NCBI GenBank assembly: GCA_000434175.1
Contig: HF999802.1
Coordinates: 26,618 to 71,199 of the forward strand
From: Mycoplasma sp. CAG:611
GTDB taxonomy: Bacteria > Bacillota_I > Bacilli_A > RF39 > UBA660
DNA: 44,582 bases
Direction: 5' to 3'
Part shown: one piece after another, positions 43,695-44,582 of the stretch
How positions within the stretch are numbered: position 1 is the stretch's first letter
How the letters are laid out: each line of letters starts with the position of its first letter
Position numbers and translations under genes: made by a program
Notes under the pieces: generated by a model
Database searches by the model: none
What the model was told of the DNA's origin: nothing
The model's input: the letters and a program-made list of their open reading frames with translations, nothing else

Positions 43695-44311
43695 ATAAAG
43701 AAAAAGAAATTTTAAATTATTTAAATGAAATAATACCTAATCCTGTTTGCGAATTAAATTATAATAAAGATTATGAATTATTATTAGCAGTAATGTTAAG
43801 TGCACAAACTAAAGATGCTAGAGTAAATAAAGTAACAAAAGTATTATTTAATAAATATGATAGTTTAAAAAAATTAAAAGAAGCAAATATAAAAGATATA
43901 GAAAATATTATAAAAGAACTTGGAAATTATCATAAAAAAAGTGAAGCTGTTATAAACATTGCTAAAATATTAGATGAGAAGTATAATGGTAAAGTAATTA
44001 ATAATAGAAAGATTTTAGAAAATTTACCAATGGTAGGAAGAAAAACAACAAATGTTGTTTTAAGTGAATTGTTTAATGAACCTACTATCGCAGTAGATAC
44101 TCATGTAGAAAGAGTAAGTAAAAGATTAGGGTTAGTTAAAAAAGATGATGATGTAATAAAAATAGAAGAAAAATTAAAAAGAAAATTTGATAAGAATATA
44201 TGGAGTAAATTACATAAACAATTTGTATTATTTGGAAGGTATTATTGTACTTCTAAAAAACCAAGTTGTAATAAATGTAAATTACAAATATATTGTAAGA
44301 AAGAATTTTAA
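43691..44311 (+). CDS. nth: Endonuclease III
   Basis: LLLAVMLSAQTKDARVN, the HhH LPMVGRKTTNVVL, catalytic VDTHV, and a 4Fe-4S cluster CX6CX2CX5C (CTSKKPSCNKCKLQIYC). Confidence 0.9.
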   Translation: MNKEKEILNYLNEIIPNPVCELNYNKDYELLLAVMLSAQTKDARVNKVTKVLFNKYDSLKKLKEANIKDIENIIKELGNYHKKSEAVINIAKILDEKYNGKVINNRKILENLPMVGRKTTNVVLSELFNEPTIAVDTHVERVSKRLGLVKKDDDVIKIEEKLKRKFDKNIWSKLHKQFVLFGRYYCTSKKPSCNKCKLQIYCKKEF

Positions 44312-44378
44312 AAAAGTTCTTTTTTTTATAATAAATATATGTTAAAATTAATATGAAAGATAAAGGAGCGTATATATT

Positions 44379-44582
44379 ATGAAAAATGTTAATAAAAAAG
44401 AATTGTTTATAAAATTAATACCTTTATTTATAACTTTATTAAGTTGTATTATATTAGTAAGTTATGCTTATTATAAAATAAAATTAGAAGGACAAAAAAC
44501 ACATTTTGTATCAACAGATGTAATATCATTTACATATAAAGAAAGTGAAGATAAAATATCTATAACTAATATGGAACCAAAA
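44379..44582 (+). CDS. Signal-anchored secreted protein, SYA-motif family (3' end outside the window)
   Basis: MKNVNKKELFIKLIPLFITLLSCIILVSYAYYKIKLEGQKTHFVSTDVISFTYKESEDKISITN. An AAAGGAG RBS is present. This is similar to the N-terminus of the 40669-41367 protein. Confidence 0.55.
   Translation, partial: MKNVNKKELFIKLIPLFITLLSCIILVSYAYYKIKLEGQKTHFVSTDVISFTYKESEDKISITNMEPK

Noticed and set aside
1-44582. Alternative genetic code (TGA=Trp, as in Mollicutes), considered because of extreme AT-richness. CRISPR arrays, tRNA and rRNA genes were also considered.
   Set aside because: Well-supported genes end at TGA immediately followed by the RBS and start of the next gene, for example 8858-8860 and the dnaD/nth ATGA overlap at 43691-43694. 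No spaced direct-repeat array and no tRNA-like or rRNA-like sequence was seen. The only tandem repeats are 13-27 nt duplications.

Overview
This is a very AT-rich window from a low-GC Bacillota genome that uses the standard code (TGA acts as a stop). Its core gene order resembles Bacillus: lexA with a divergent small membrane gene, sirA-like/yneF, dnaD-nth, ftsK followed by an M16 peptidase pair, and spoVS.

Bases 1 to about 12008 look like an integrated element. It begins with a large serine recombinase cut by the window edge, followed by an HTH protein and its own sigma factor. Its right end truncates a DD-carboxypeptidase gene.

The element carries the most unusual feature, a tightly packed operon at 3075-11355. 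It has a promoter, a leader with a 14-nt tandem duplication and a 45-aa Cys-rich ORF, and an attenuator. The genes are a Rel/SpoT homolog truncated after the TGS domain, a radical-SAM/histidine-phosphatase fusion, a B12-type radical-SAM enzyme, a stand-alone AlaRS-core-like protein, an S51 peptidase and an MBL hydrolase. I do not recognise this combination as any characterised pathway or defence system.

The rest is mostly core genes: fmt, a Crp/Fnr regulator, a degenerate nrdD paralog with nrdD-nrdG-dut, ftsK, deoD, the M16 pair, spoVS, an alanine symporter, ddl, a sigma factor, lexA, glyQS, hup, cca, dnaD and nth.

Other notable features:
- A roughly 70-bp promoter/leader cassette occurs three times, each with an 8-9 G tract in the -35/-10 spacer, which suggests phase variation.
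- A family of secreted or anchored proteins includes one member carrying a roughly 50% GC patch.
- A canonical T-box antiterminator lies upstream of two unknown ORFs and glyQS.
- A candidate SOS-controlled small membrane protein sits opposite lexA.

I saw no rRNA, tRNA or CRISPR array. All homology calls come from reading motifs by eye, not from database searches.
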